From contig JAQGDQ010000569.1 in NCBI GenBank assembly GCA_030141605.1, positions 74,871 to 138,870 on the forward strand: a stretch of DNA of 64,000 bases. The letters are read 5' to 3'. Shown piece by piece: positions 24,379 to 36,300 of the stretch. Origin of the DNA: Tubiluchus corallicola (taxonomy: Eukaryota; Animalia; Priapulida). Every line of letters starts with the position of its first letter. Position 1 is the stretch's first letter. The notes under the pieces were generated by a model. That model did not search any database. It was not told the origin of the DNA and saw nothing but the letters and a program-made list of their open reading frames with translations. The translations under genes were made by a program, and so were the position numbers.

Positions 24379-24993
24379 GGCGCTATTACACTTTCGCACC
24401 GCCTAGCTTTTTATAGGTTATTACTCGTTTTTAGGCTCGTAAGTCATCATTCTATTATTCATCTTGTTTGTGTGTGTGGTCACGTGACGAATTTCGTACT
24501 AGTTTATGCATTATCAGGGCCTAGCTTAAAAGGCACGTGACACACTTTCATCTTCACCGCATTTACGAAATAAAGAAAAAACTTTTACCTTTTTTATAAT
24601 CTAATAGTAATAATACTACAGTAATAAATAAAATTAATGATAAATAACTGTTCCGTTCCAGGCCCACCCGCGATACGATACAAACTCTCGTAGCTGCAAC
24701 CCTAATAATCATAAATTATGCGAAGAAACTAAAAATACAGGTTAAGGGCCACACGTCACTGCGCGAGAGCGATTGCGCATCAGTGATGTAAACACGGTTA
24801 TTCACGTGCAGCTTTTAATGGCGGCTGTAGGTAAGTAATGCATGATTTTAATCTGGACTTATAAAGCGTACGCAGCAATAATATTATGGGAATATGGTGT
24901 ATATTACGCCTGTTGGTCTGCTTTCTGGCCTGCAGGCGTGAAAACAACCAATAGGCCAGGAAAAGCTAGGCGGTGCGAAAGTGTAATAGCGCC
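24379..24993. mobile_element. Young non-autonomous DNA transposon (GG-starting TIR; Merlin or MULE type)
   Basis: Perfect ~33-bp TIR GGCGCTATTACACTTTCGCACCGCCTAGCTTTT, 8-bp TSD AACAATTT; partial relative at ~19420-19500. Confidence 0.85.
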
Positions 24994-25194
24994 AACAATT
25001 TTAATGGCGTAAAGTGCTGCAAAGGTGAGTTGACTAACAAAATAAAACGAATTTTTAGAAATCAGCATGGTGGCAACAACAATGACAGCAAATCTAGTCT
25101 GATATCATTGTATGCAAAAGTCCAAAGGATATAGAGCGATAATGTTTATGTTTTTTTTCCAAATTTGAATGCTTAATTATGTAATGGTAACTGT

Positions 25195-26305
25195 CAGGGG
25201 CGTCGTGCACCAAAAAAAATTGGGGGGGGGGGCGACTGTATATAATGGCGGAACTTAACTGTTTAAAAAACGTATAATTTTGAAAAAAATAAACAGTATT
25301 TTGCGTGCAAGAAAAACGATTTATTTATTCCCAACTGGCATTTAACTTAAAGCTATAGCAACGGAAACTTAATTAAAATTAAATTAAAATTTAATTAAGT
25401 ATTTATTAGCTGTCAGGAATCCGACGCAGAACATCACTCCAGAAGAGCTCAACCACAGACTTCAAGTCGATATTCTTTGTTTTAACAGCCTCAACTGCAA
25501 GGATCATCGGGTCACTCAGTCGTGCCTGACTCATTGTACTGCGGAGAGCATTCTTGACAAATTGCGGGAACACGGTTGGACTTGAAAAATGAAGTCAGAT
25601 TGGACTGCCTTGACATCGTTTAAGAAATATTGCTAAAATCGCTGCGAAAACTACCAGAGATTCTCCTAGCAGGAGAAAAATGATGAAATGTGCTCAAAAT
25701 CACGCCCTTTTATGCAGCAAACTCGTGGGAAAGAGTCGCTAAGGAGTAGCAAAGAGTCGGTAATGTCCAATCACGAGGTGGCTGAGCCGTAGCTCATCAA
25801 TTTGTATCTCCCAAACCGACTCTCTGGTACTAGACGAGCTGGACAAACTGACTCTCTGGTACTAGGCGAGCTGGACAAACTGACTCTCTGGTACTAGGGT
25901 AGCTCAACATGACTTCAATGTTTGCATTGTTTTCGCTCTATTATTTCACTTGTTCTCTATTATAACACACTGCTGAACGAAGCTCGTGTGCTAACTGAGC
26001 CGTTTTGTTAACTAACAGTCTTTTGTGCAAAGACGCTAATGCTACTAAACGAGCTGCTTTGTTAACTGTTCCTGCCTGCCTCCTGAANNNNNNNNNNNNN
26101 NNNNNNNNNNNNNNNNNNNNNNNNNNNNNNNNNNNNNNNNNNNNNNNNNNNNNNNNNNNNNNNNNNNNNNNNNNNNNNNNNNNNNNNNNNNNNNNNNNNN
26201 NNNNNNNNNNNNNNNNNNNNNNNNNNNNNNNGGTGATTATTTACTAATATCATTTCTAAAAAAATTGGGGGGGGGGGGGCGGGCCCCTATGGCACGACGC
26301 CACTG
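25195..26305 (-). mobile_element. Internally deleted hAT transposon spanning the assembly gap
   Basis: TIR CAGGGGCGTCGTGC / GCACGACGCCACTG, TSD GTAACTGT. Minus strand ~25415-25565 encodes hATC-like KNALRSTMSQARLSDPMILAVE. Confidence 0.85.
26088..26231. other. Assembly gap (144 N)
   Basis: Run of N. Confidence 1.
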
Positions 26306-26509
26306 GTAACTGTTACTAGTGTTTGTGTTTAAAAAGTCAATGTTCCTTAAATTAAATTATCAGCAGTAACTTTGCAAACTCACCAATGTCTAATAGTCAT
26401 ATTTATGCCAACTGAAGGATAGCTAACTATGTGACCTAAAGACAAAAACAACAAACTGAATAAAATATTTAAACAAAAATTTATTATAAAGCTATTATAA
26501 TTTACAGAT

Positions 26510-26725
26510 TTTCTGCAATGGGAGCATGCTGAAAATGAAAACAGCTGTCGATACGTGAAGGATTCTGGCTATCATCTAACCAAAATACGAAAGAGGACTG
26601 TTGTCAGTGGCACAGGAGTGGTGTATATAAAGGACTTGGGTAAAACAAGCAGCATCTGAAAGTACAAGGATCAATGAGGCAAAGATGCTCTGCAAGACTA
26701 ACAATCTGGACTAATGAAAATGGTA
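26510..26725 (+). pseudogene. Possible decayed MULE-transposase-associated exon
   Basis: CQWHRSGVYKGLG*NKQHLKVQGSMRQRCSARL resembles, from memory, a C.RSG.Y...LK.QGS...C.A motif of animal MULE/SWIM proteins; in-frame stop; AG/GT-like bounds. Confidence 0.35.
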
Positions 26726-28715
26726 AGAAATTGTAGCTGTAAACTAGTTGACAATTTTTCTGACAAGTAGAAACCGAGTTTTGCAAATCTCAGTTTGGAA
26801 CGCTAATCAGTAAACTAAAATGCATTAGTGATTCATTACTTACTTTCGATTACGGATGCATTCGTTAATTTAGTTTTGCATAACTAAAACTATAGATGCC
26901 TTTAAGTTACCAGAAGTTTTTAGTGAGTAAAAGCTAAATACGGTATTATCCATCTTTCTGGTGAAAGTGCAAAGTATTTTTTTATATATGAAAGCTGAAT
27001 AAGGAAACTTGTAAAAGACTCATATTATTATTATTTAATTCATATTATACTCACATTCATATTATTATTATTTAATTCATATTATACTCACATTCATATT
27101 ATTTTTTTAATTTGCTATTTGGGTTCATTTTGTTAGCTATGTTTATTATATATATATATATACAGACTAATACTAACTATAGTAGTAACTTTTTTTCAGG
27201 AACAGAAGTAGTATACTAAGTGGTCCACTCACATAGCTTGGGTGGCATCAGTCATTTAATTTTACGGAAGGAAGAACAGCATGAAATAGTGGACATGTTG
27301 CCAACAGGAATATCCATTGACAAAATTGGACAACCTTGAAGCTAAAGTGTGTTGAGAGAGGAAATTTACTTTTTACTGTACATAAAACATAAGTAGACAT
27401 TGACAAGCTGCAAGCATCGACTTAGCATTATTGTAATTCAAGAGCTGTGTTACTGTTGTGGCAAACTGATATTATAACATAACATTTTCATTATAACAAA
27501 GAACAATGTTAAACATCCACTTAATTATATGCTAAATATTGATCTTAAATACTGTCGAGTGCTAATTAATTAATGTAATTGGTTTGAAATTCTATATTAA
27601 ATGTACACGTTGTAAAAATAAATGTAAATTGTAGTCCTTAAGACAGTAGTTTCAAATTTTGAGCAGATGCGATATGTGCAGTTTTGCTAGTTTTTTATAA
27701 AATCCTGACTGGGATAGCATATTTATTAATAGCTGGCTAAGATAACTCTATCATCTACAATATTAGTAAACAGTGAAAAGCAATAGTAAATAAACCAAAA
27801 AACTTTAAAAATGTGAGTCGCATTCTTCAGGAACTACTAGTTTTTGTAACGAGGCCTTCTCAGTTTAGGCAAATGAGTACCTGAACATCTTTGGTTTTCC
27901 TGCACATGGAAAGTGGTGGCTTGTAGAATCTTTTTAGGGAGTCCGCTCTCTCTCCAACTCGTCCCGAAGCTGGATGCTTTGACTTGTGCATTGGCAGTGG
28001 AACAGGTAAGCTCTGGTCAAGCCTTGCTTTCTTTCTTGCAGGACAAGCACTTTCATAAGGTCAAACCATTGTCTTTCTTTACCAGTTTTGTGGCTTCCTC
28101 AAGACATTCGTCTACTAAAGCTGTTCAATTTCTAAACTGATCTGGGTCAGCATCCTTGCTGAAATTGTAAGTCAGGTCAATTACCTGTTTCAAAGTGGAC
28201 CTTGCTGATATCAGATGGTTTTTGAATTGGCCATGCCTCAATGGTAATTCACCAGTTGAAGAGTTTCCCGCCCCATCAGGTTCATCTTCTATTTCGCTAC
28301 TATCAGACACCTCATGGTACTCTCTCTCTTGAATGAAACATGGTCATCTGGAGCTCCATGAATTCTCTGTTCACCTTACTAATAGGTATCATTATGACCT
28401 TTGTTACTTTATTAGTAAAAGGTATAAATCAATTTAAATGAAATTATTCATTCATCGCAGCCTATATCATTATCGTAATTACATATTATGTTTCCTTGCT
28501 ATTGTTACATAATTTACTTTATTACATCAATTACATTAAGTCAACTACAAAAGCACGCATAACTTTAATAATTTTTTAATTTAAGTAAGGTCAGTGTGTT
28601 AATGACCGTATGGTCGTACACTCACCTCACACTACTCAAATCATTTTATTTATTGTTTATTAATGTGTACAATATTGTATTTTGATGTGTGAAAAATAAA
28701 TTCATAGGTCATAGT

Positions 28716-28990
28716 TCATACACTATCGTTATCATAAAAGAATAATTGCACTGCAGTGGGCTAGAGAAGCAAAGGCTTGTATAAGCCCACTGTCATGTGA
28801 ACCCGATAAAGAAAGAATGGATGAGTGAACAAAAAAAGAACTGGGAGAAAGGTTAGATCACACAGGAAGGGTAGAAGGATGTGTTAGTGGAAATGGTAGG
28901 AAGAAAGATAATAGATTGCGCTATGTTGGCATCAGCTCTAAAGATTTATCAATGATGCCTTGTTTTGCATAATCTGTACCAGGATTGGTA
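28716..28990 (-). mobile_element. 3' fragment of the same CR1/L2-group LINE as 20902-23225
   Basis: Near-identical to 21002-21280. Confidence 0.8.
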
Positions 28991-29362
28991 TAATAATCTG
29001 TACAAAGACTTGACTGGTATACTGACTATGTGTAGGTGTAATATTCTTTTTTGACGTCACGGCATGTATGCCTGCCATTTTTTCTAGTACGTTTCTTAGA
29101 ATGTGTCAAAATCGTTTGCACTGCACTATTTACAAATCGCGAATAACAAATCCGTCGTACTAGGAAAATAATGTAAACTATTTTAGCACGTCATTCGTAC
29201 TCATCTCAATGTACATAATTCAGTTGTATGGTCTCCACACCAGGTGGCGGATTCACGAAAGTTCTTACGAACGCATTTTCTTCGTAATCCCAGCCCAGTT
29301 ATATCAATCACTGGCTGAAAACATAAAATTAAAAACAAAAAGGAAATATTACAGAAACTTCA

Positions 29363-29368
29363 TTTATT
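29363..29368 (-). terminator. Candidate poly(A) signal of the hnRNP transcript
   Basis: AATAAA on minus strand followed by a U/GU-rich tract; no transcript evidence. Confidence 0.3.
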
Positions 29369-30021
29369 ATGTACATGTCATTTTGTATTCATAGCAAATA
29401 ATGACATTAATGGTTAATGTAAAATACAGGGTGAAGCAAAAGTCAATGCCCCACGCTATAAATAAATACAACAAATTTACAGAGCAGCCTTTTGCTAAGA
29501 GTGCTTTTGAAAACGACATTCTGAACATTACTATTAAAGCAGATCTCCAAATATATTTTCACATCTCTAAATTAAAGGAAAAGACAAGCAAAAAAATAAT
29601 ATATCCAAGTGAAATTACGTACAAGCCATTAAACAGACAGTAAAAATGAAAATCATGCTTACTAAATTACAGTCAAATATCATTAAAACGCTCCTCTTTA
29701 TGATGCCAAGCTCGTTCAACGCTCACACGTAAACAAAATGTCTATACTTGCATAGATATGTATGTATTAACGCAGATCGTTTATAATGAGAACTTTCTCA
29801 AACCTTTTGCAATCCTAAAGTGGGCGGAACAAAGATATTTGACTCTAAAACATGTTTACTACACAATGTACGTGAACTCCTGATTTCCATATTTTTAATA
29901 ATACACTTACACTTAAGTATAAACTGGAAAATCCGGGGTACAAAAACCAAAACAATTAAAATACCCCAGACTTTTTACAGAAGGCAAAAAAAAAATTCAT
30001 CTAATCTCTAACTCGGTTACA

Positions 30022-30454
30022 ACAGTAAAGTCCGAATAACTCGAATCCAAACGAGACGAAAAAACTTTGAGTTAGGCGATATCGACCATTTTCCAACGCA
30101 GAAACTCTAAAACGTTCCTCTAGATGGCGAGCTAAACTAGAAGGCGGAAAGACAACCCTTCTATACATAAACACGACTTTTTATGTTAGAAAAGGACAAG
30201 TACACAACACTGCTAAACAATATGACAGTGGAGCTACCAGTGTCTTACGTACTACAGTTCAGTTTGTGCATAGTTCAATTATTTACGAAACTTTTTCTTT
30301 TTCAAAAGTATAAATTGCATTTTTGAGTTAGTCGAAGTAAATTACACATATTTTGCCTAAATGGACCATAATTTTTTATTTGAGTTGGGCGAAATTTTGA
30401 GCTAAGGATTTCATCTGTTCCGCTGAAATTCTTTGAGTTACGCGGAGTTTACCG
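30022..30454. mobile_element. pogo/Tigger-like MITE
   Basis: Imperfect TIR CAGTAAAGTCCGAATAACTC / GAGTTACGCGGAGTTTACCG. Confidence 0.5.
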
Positions 30455-31606
30455 TACGAGGTTTAGGGCTTCCTTGGTTCTCTCCCTCCAAAGTTTTGTT
30501 ACAATAAAAGCGTTTCTGTCATTATAGCGTTGCGTTAGATCAACTTACAGCCATTCTGTGTGATACATGACTGGTCTGCCAGACTTGCGAGACACACTAA
30601 CTACGTATTAAGCCATTCTTTCTACGGTCAAACCTCGTTACACGGTCCCCTCCCCTGTTCTACTGTCTGCAGAGCGAACAAAATGGCTGTATTCAAAAAG
30701 TATGTAACTAACCTATTACAATGCCTGCCAGGTAAATTAACATACATGTTCAATGGAGAAATACCGCCAGCTGTTTCATCTTGTGCCAAATAATGCGCTT
30801 AAAAATAGCGGCTTCTCGACATAACGCCAAGCTAACACTGGGGGGCGCACGTCGGGTGTCATATAAAATAACGCCTGTATGTTATCATGTTTTGATTGTC
30901 TGCAAATTGTGCTGTACATCGTACAATCACAATAACATTATTGTCAATGCCACTCGGTTACTACGGCAACCGACAAGAGAACTCCTGGCTAAGTTATAGT
31001 TCTATAGTTGTTGTTATGACATAACTTTTTTACTATATATGCATATAGCTTACTACATGACACGTTTATCATGTAAACAAAAAGTTCTTACTGAAGATGA
31101 TTAATTCTGAATAAGCGATTAATTGACAGATAATTAATTTAATAATTTATTAACAATTAGAGTGAATTTTGAGGACCCTAATCTGTGTACACTCGTGTGA
31201 CCGTTTTGTCTACAGCAAAATTTAATACACCTATGTATAGCGTGAACCCGGCTGTAATACCAACGTATTCTCCGGTGCCAAAGTGGGGCCGTATAAAGAG
31301 GTTTGAACCGCCGTTACCTTAAGAGGACAAGTCACTCGCTACACAACCTAAGACGAATATAATATTTACACAACTGGTTACATTATAAAGACATCTGCCA
31401 GTCACGATTTGTAATTTTTTTCTAAAAACGAATACAATGTCCTCAGTGCACGCCAAAAGTCATATTTAATTAAAAGATTATACGATATTTATAATAGCGC
31501 ACTGAAGCAATCTTTTTCGACGGTTTGGTTCGTGTCCATTACTCCGTACTGAAAAAAAGAGCAAAGACAATAAGTGTACTTACAAACAGAGGCAACAAAC
31601 GAAATG

Positions 31607-31946
31607 TAATAATAATAATAATAATAATAATAACAGTAACAATAACAAAAACAACAACAACAGCAGCAGCAGCAACGACGACGACAACAGCGACAACAAC
31701 AGCAACGACAACGATAATAATAATAAAAAATAATAATAACAGTAACAAAAACAACAACAACAGCAGCAACGACGACGACAACAGCGACAACAACAACGAC
31801 AACGATAATAATAATAATAAATAATAACAATAACAATGGCAATGATGATAATAATAACAATAACAATAATAAAAATAATAATGATGACAATAATAATAAT
31901 AATAGTAATAATAATAATAATAATGATGATGATGATGATGATGATA
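31607..31946. repeat. Compound trinucleotide microsatellite (AAT/AAC/CAG/GAC/GAT) with internal duplication
   Basis: Direct reading; explains the overlapping low-complexity ORFs. Confidence 0.95.
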
Positions 31947-32565
31947 CAGTACACTCGTATCTCTGTTTGCTGGACCTCGCACTTACGGATATCGGAAGAA
32001 TCGGACAAAATCTGGACCGTTAAAAAGTCCCGCATACTATGGACACAGTCCGTTGTTTCTCGAGCCGACCGCTAGTTGGTGAGCCGTCACTTTGTTTGCA
32101 TCATTACATCGTGTAACGATTGCTTCTACATTACCGTTAATCTAACACACGGCACCCACTGTATTAACTTAGTATCGGTAAATACGGACAATCGGCAATT
32201 TCGGACCGACGTCTCCCCGCTCTTGTCCGGCAAACAGAGACATGAGTGCACGTACAAATACACTTGCTAAACTGTGACTAATGTGTAACAACACAGATTA
32301 TTTCTTACTAACAAGACAGTGACCGTGAACATAAAAATTCCACAAAAAACGAGAATAAAGAAAGGGCACAACATTTCAAACAGCCACTGGAGAAGAAAAA
32401 AACGAGAAAGAAAGAGAAAAAGATCACAAGAAATAATTGGAACTAATTTTTGGAGGAATATTTTCTTGATATTACTACACAATAAATATTATTATAAAAT
32501 AAATACAAAGAACTAAAATTCCAATAAAACTAGTTCAGTAGCTCTAGTAATAAACTGTGATTCTT

Positions 32566-32707
32566 TAAATAATACTAAGACCATGATGTGAAAGCATGAT
32601 TAATGCTTTAAATAATACTAAGACTGTGTTAAAGCATGATTAATGCTTTAAATAATACAAAGACCATGATGTGAAAGCATGATTAATGCTTTAAAAATTA
32701 CTAAGAC
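32566..32707. repeat. ~45-bp tandem repeat x3
   Basis: TAATACTAAGAC...AAAGCATGATTAATGCTTTAAA. Confidence 0.8.
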
Positions 32708-32744
32708 AAACAACTTTAGGCAGATTTGACTGCAATGAAATTAC

Positions 32745-32806
32745 TTACTTGTACGGATGATAACCACCACGGCTGCTGGGTTTCTTATAACCGCCTCCTT
32801 GTCCAC
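32745..32806 (-). CDS. hnRNP last recognisable coding exon (GGQGGGYKKPSSRGGYHPYK*)
   Basis: CAG acceptor, PY motif, TAA at 32747-32745. Confidence 0.85.
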
Positions 32807-33283
32807 CTGAAGCAAAATTGTGCTCAAGTTATTGTAATGCAAGTGGCTTAGTAAAACAAAAACATTGGTATCGCCATCTATACACAGAAAACCAATCAAT
32901 TTTACAGAGCTTCTGCTACAATCTCAGAATGATTTTGGTGAACTGACATCATCATACAGTCATGATGATCATAGATCATTTGTACTATCGCTCCACAACC
33001 ACAAGTGTCGACAGTTTTCACACAATTCGGCTAATGATATGGATTCTGAACTTAGATATATTGTTCCTCTGTTAGCAAGAACATGAGGTTATCTTCTAGG
33101 ATGGCGAAGACTTAACCCTTTCACTACGTAGTTGGCTTTTTAACTGGGCCACATTGACTTTTGGACATTCGACAATAACTTCTTGTGGTGTGTTACTAAA
33201 ACAGAATCTTGTAAATAAAGAAACAGTTGTCTGTTAATAATGACACTTTTATTTCTACGTGTGCGCACACATACACACACTCA

Positions 33284-33332
<49 letters not shown>

Positions 33333-36300
33333 GCACACCTTCATAAGTAATCACGTACTTACATTTAGAAACCAGTCTTCACAATAGACACGATACTAAT
33401 CAATAATATGCAATCATGTTATTATAATGCAGAACAATCAACTATAAACATACATTTACATCAACGATCTACAAGTGATTTTGCTTGGGAATATACCATG
33501 CAGTACAGTATTGTCGAATGCACCTGGCTTCAATGCTGATTGGCTGGTTAGTGTTACTTGTTGTGAAGCAAGCCCCAATCCCACGGATGTAAAAGCTTTC
33601 TATAATGTTTATTGCTGAGCTTGGGCAGCAGTCTACCGTCTTCCGTCCCTTGCATGACAAACAAAGGCAGGAGTGTGCCACCTTTCGTAGTGAAAGGGTT
33701 AAATAACTCGCAGTAATGCAATTTGGAGAGTTTTTTTAATGTTTCCAAATCATGAAATGTATACACAATTTTGTCTCCACTTACCTCCGTATCCACTGCC
33801 CCAGCTACTTCCACCGCTGCCGTAACCTCCGTAACCTCCGCTACCGTAACTTCCGCCGTTTCCATAGTAACTGCCATAATCGTACGCACCACCACTGCCA
33901 TAACTGCCACCACTGCCGTAGCTGCCGCCTCCGTATCCGGAAGAACCGTAACCACCGCCGCCGTAGCCTCCGCCGTACCCACCTTAAAGCAGGCATACTA
34001 ATTAGCTTTGACATGACAAACACTGCGAGGTTACGACACGAGTTTTAGTATAAGACTGAGAAATGAAATTTAAATACAATGGCAAAGTTTTGACAAATGT
34101 ATTTTTAACATACACTCTTACTACGACTGAGACCTTTTATGCACAGAGTTAAAACAAAACAGGACAATTTTTCATATCCTACCCTATTGTGAAGTACAGA
34201 AAATGTATACATATTAACACATATGATAATGCCGAAGTATTTCTGATAATTAAATAATGAGTTAAAAACTTAATTAGCAGCAGGTGAGCCCAGCTAGTGA
34301 TTACGTCGCAAATTAACATAATTTTCAATAGCATAAACATCCTATAAGCGTGTTGGGCGTGTTCGCGAAAGCGAAAATTGAAGTACAGTGCTACTGAAAG
34401 AAATTCAGTGTGTTGTACTAAAATTAGGCAAGTTTTGATATCATCTTTTCTCCCTAACTTTTCCATGACATTCCAGGATAGCTTGTATCTTCCTGTATCA
34501 TTTGTTGTTACATTCAATGTTGATTGTCTTACTCACCGCGACCACGGCCACCCCCTCGTCCACCTCCGCGGCCTCCTCCACGACCACCGGGTCCGCCTCG
34601 TCCTCCGTCAGACTTTGGAGCTGCCTTCTTTACGCTGCACTGTAAATCGCATACGAAAGATAATTGTGACACACATACTTATTCTCAATTACTTTTTATC
34701 TACATCTACTTTTGCAGTATCTATTTGTACTACCACTTACTTTTGCTGTATCTACTTGTACTATCACCTACTTTTACAGTATCTACTTGTACTACCACCT
34801 AGATGTTGTTTTAAATGTGAAGCCTAAATGCCATTGTGCGCATTGCATAAGGTGAGAAAAATGCAAGGATTCCGTTTATTTGTACTAAAACGCTGCATTT
34901 TAGTCAGTGGATTACATGTTTATTTTGGTCTCGATTAATTGAATTACTGTTCAATCGCTGACTATATCAATTTATAACATAGCTGTAATATCGATTAATG
35001 TATTAATTGCCCATCACTATACTACACACACAAATGAACTACAGACGTTAACCCTATACTCACCTCTCTGCCATTAATCCACTGCTTGTCTGTTCTCACT
35101 GCATCACTGCAAGCTTCCTCGCTTTCGAACGTCACGAACGCAAACGTTTTCTTCACGTTGTTCACTCTGTCGAACGGCCACTCGATGAGCTCGATCTGAA
35201 AATCACACAAGCAACAACGTTGAAGCTTTCGGCCCACTCGGACGCGTGCAAGCTACGATTCTGCATCCAGATTACACTGACACCCACACAGAAATGCTAG
35301 CAGCTCCCAGACAAAAGCTCACCTAGAGCAGAAAATACCTGAACGAGGAGTTTATATATCCTATTTTACTTCAAGAATTTTAACACTTCACAAGAACCAA
35401 ATGGGTGAACTAGTTGCTACTGTCAAACCTCTTTGTACCTCCTACTTTGGGATAGTAAAAATGTTAGCATTAAGCGAATGTAGCATTATAACGAAGAGCA
35501 TTAATACATTCATGTCTATGAAAATATATGCATTTTGTTTTACAAAAAATCTGGGCATTAATTAAAACACAAGAAAACCATCCTCTTACATGTTCCTTAA
35601 AAAATTCGCCTTGCAATTTCATACCAGTTACGTACAACCTTATTGCATGCAGGGCTTGCGTCGGCAATAACACTTGTATAGACCTTGTAAATTTAAACTC
35701 CCGCGATGACCGTTAGGTATAGTCATTTTCATAGTAGGTCATTTGAAACAAGTTTAGATAACATTGCATGAAGTTTGAAAAATAATCAAAGCACTCGTAT
35801 CACACACGTCATTAAGTAAGAAAAATTTTAATTTACTGCATCTTGTCAATGAGATTAAAAATACGTTTTTGGTTAGGGAGTGGTGCACCCTAGAGGGTGA
35901 GTCAGCGACATTTTACCAATTGGTGAAAACATTTTAAATAATAATTTTCTTTTCTAGTTACATAAGTCTTTCCAGCAGGTAAGTGAAATGCTAACTAATA
36001 TAGATTTGCACGGAAAGTTTGCACGTGACATAATTGAACACTGGCATTTCTTCCCCCTGATTTACGTATGCATAGGTGACGTCATGTAATGGCGCCGTCC
36101 GAACAGTGTTACGAAAGATTAAAAATGAAAACAAACAAAAATTCCTTTCCACGCGAGTACGATATATGCATAAAGTTCCTATAAAATAATATAATTTTTT
36201 CATGACAATTTTTCAGAAACCTACTTCAGGTACCTCTTTTCTTGTCCTTTAAGCAAGACTGGCATTATAAAGGGAGGCGTTATAACAAGGATTGAAATTG

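Noticed and set aside
31489-32075. Poly-I/Y/N/T ORFs on both strands
   Set aside because: Translations of a trinucleotide microsatellite.
33554-33982. 142-aa A/V/T-rich ORF and the opposite-strand Pro-rich ORF at 34524-34802
   Set aside because: Wrong-frame or antisense readings of the hnRNP GY and RGG exons.
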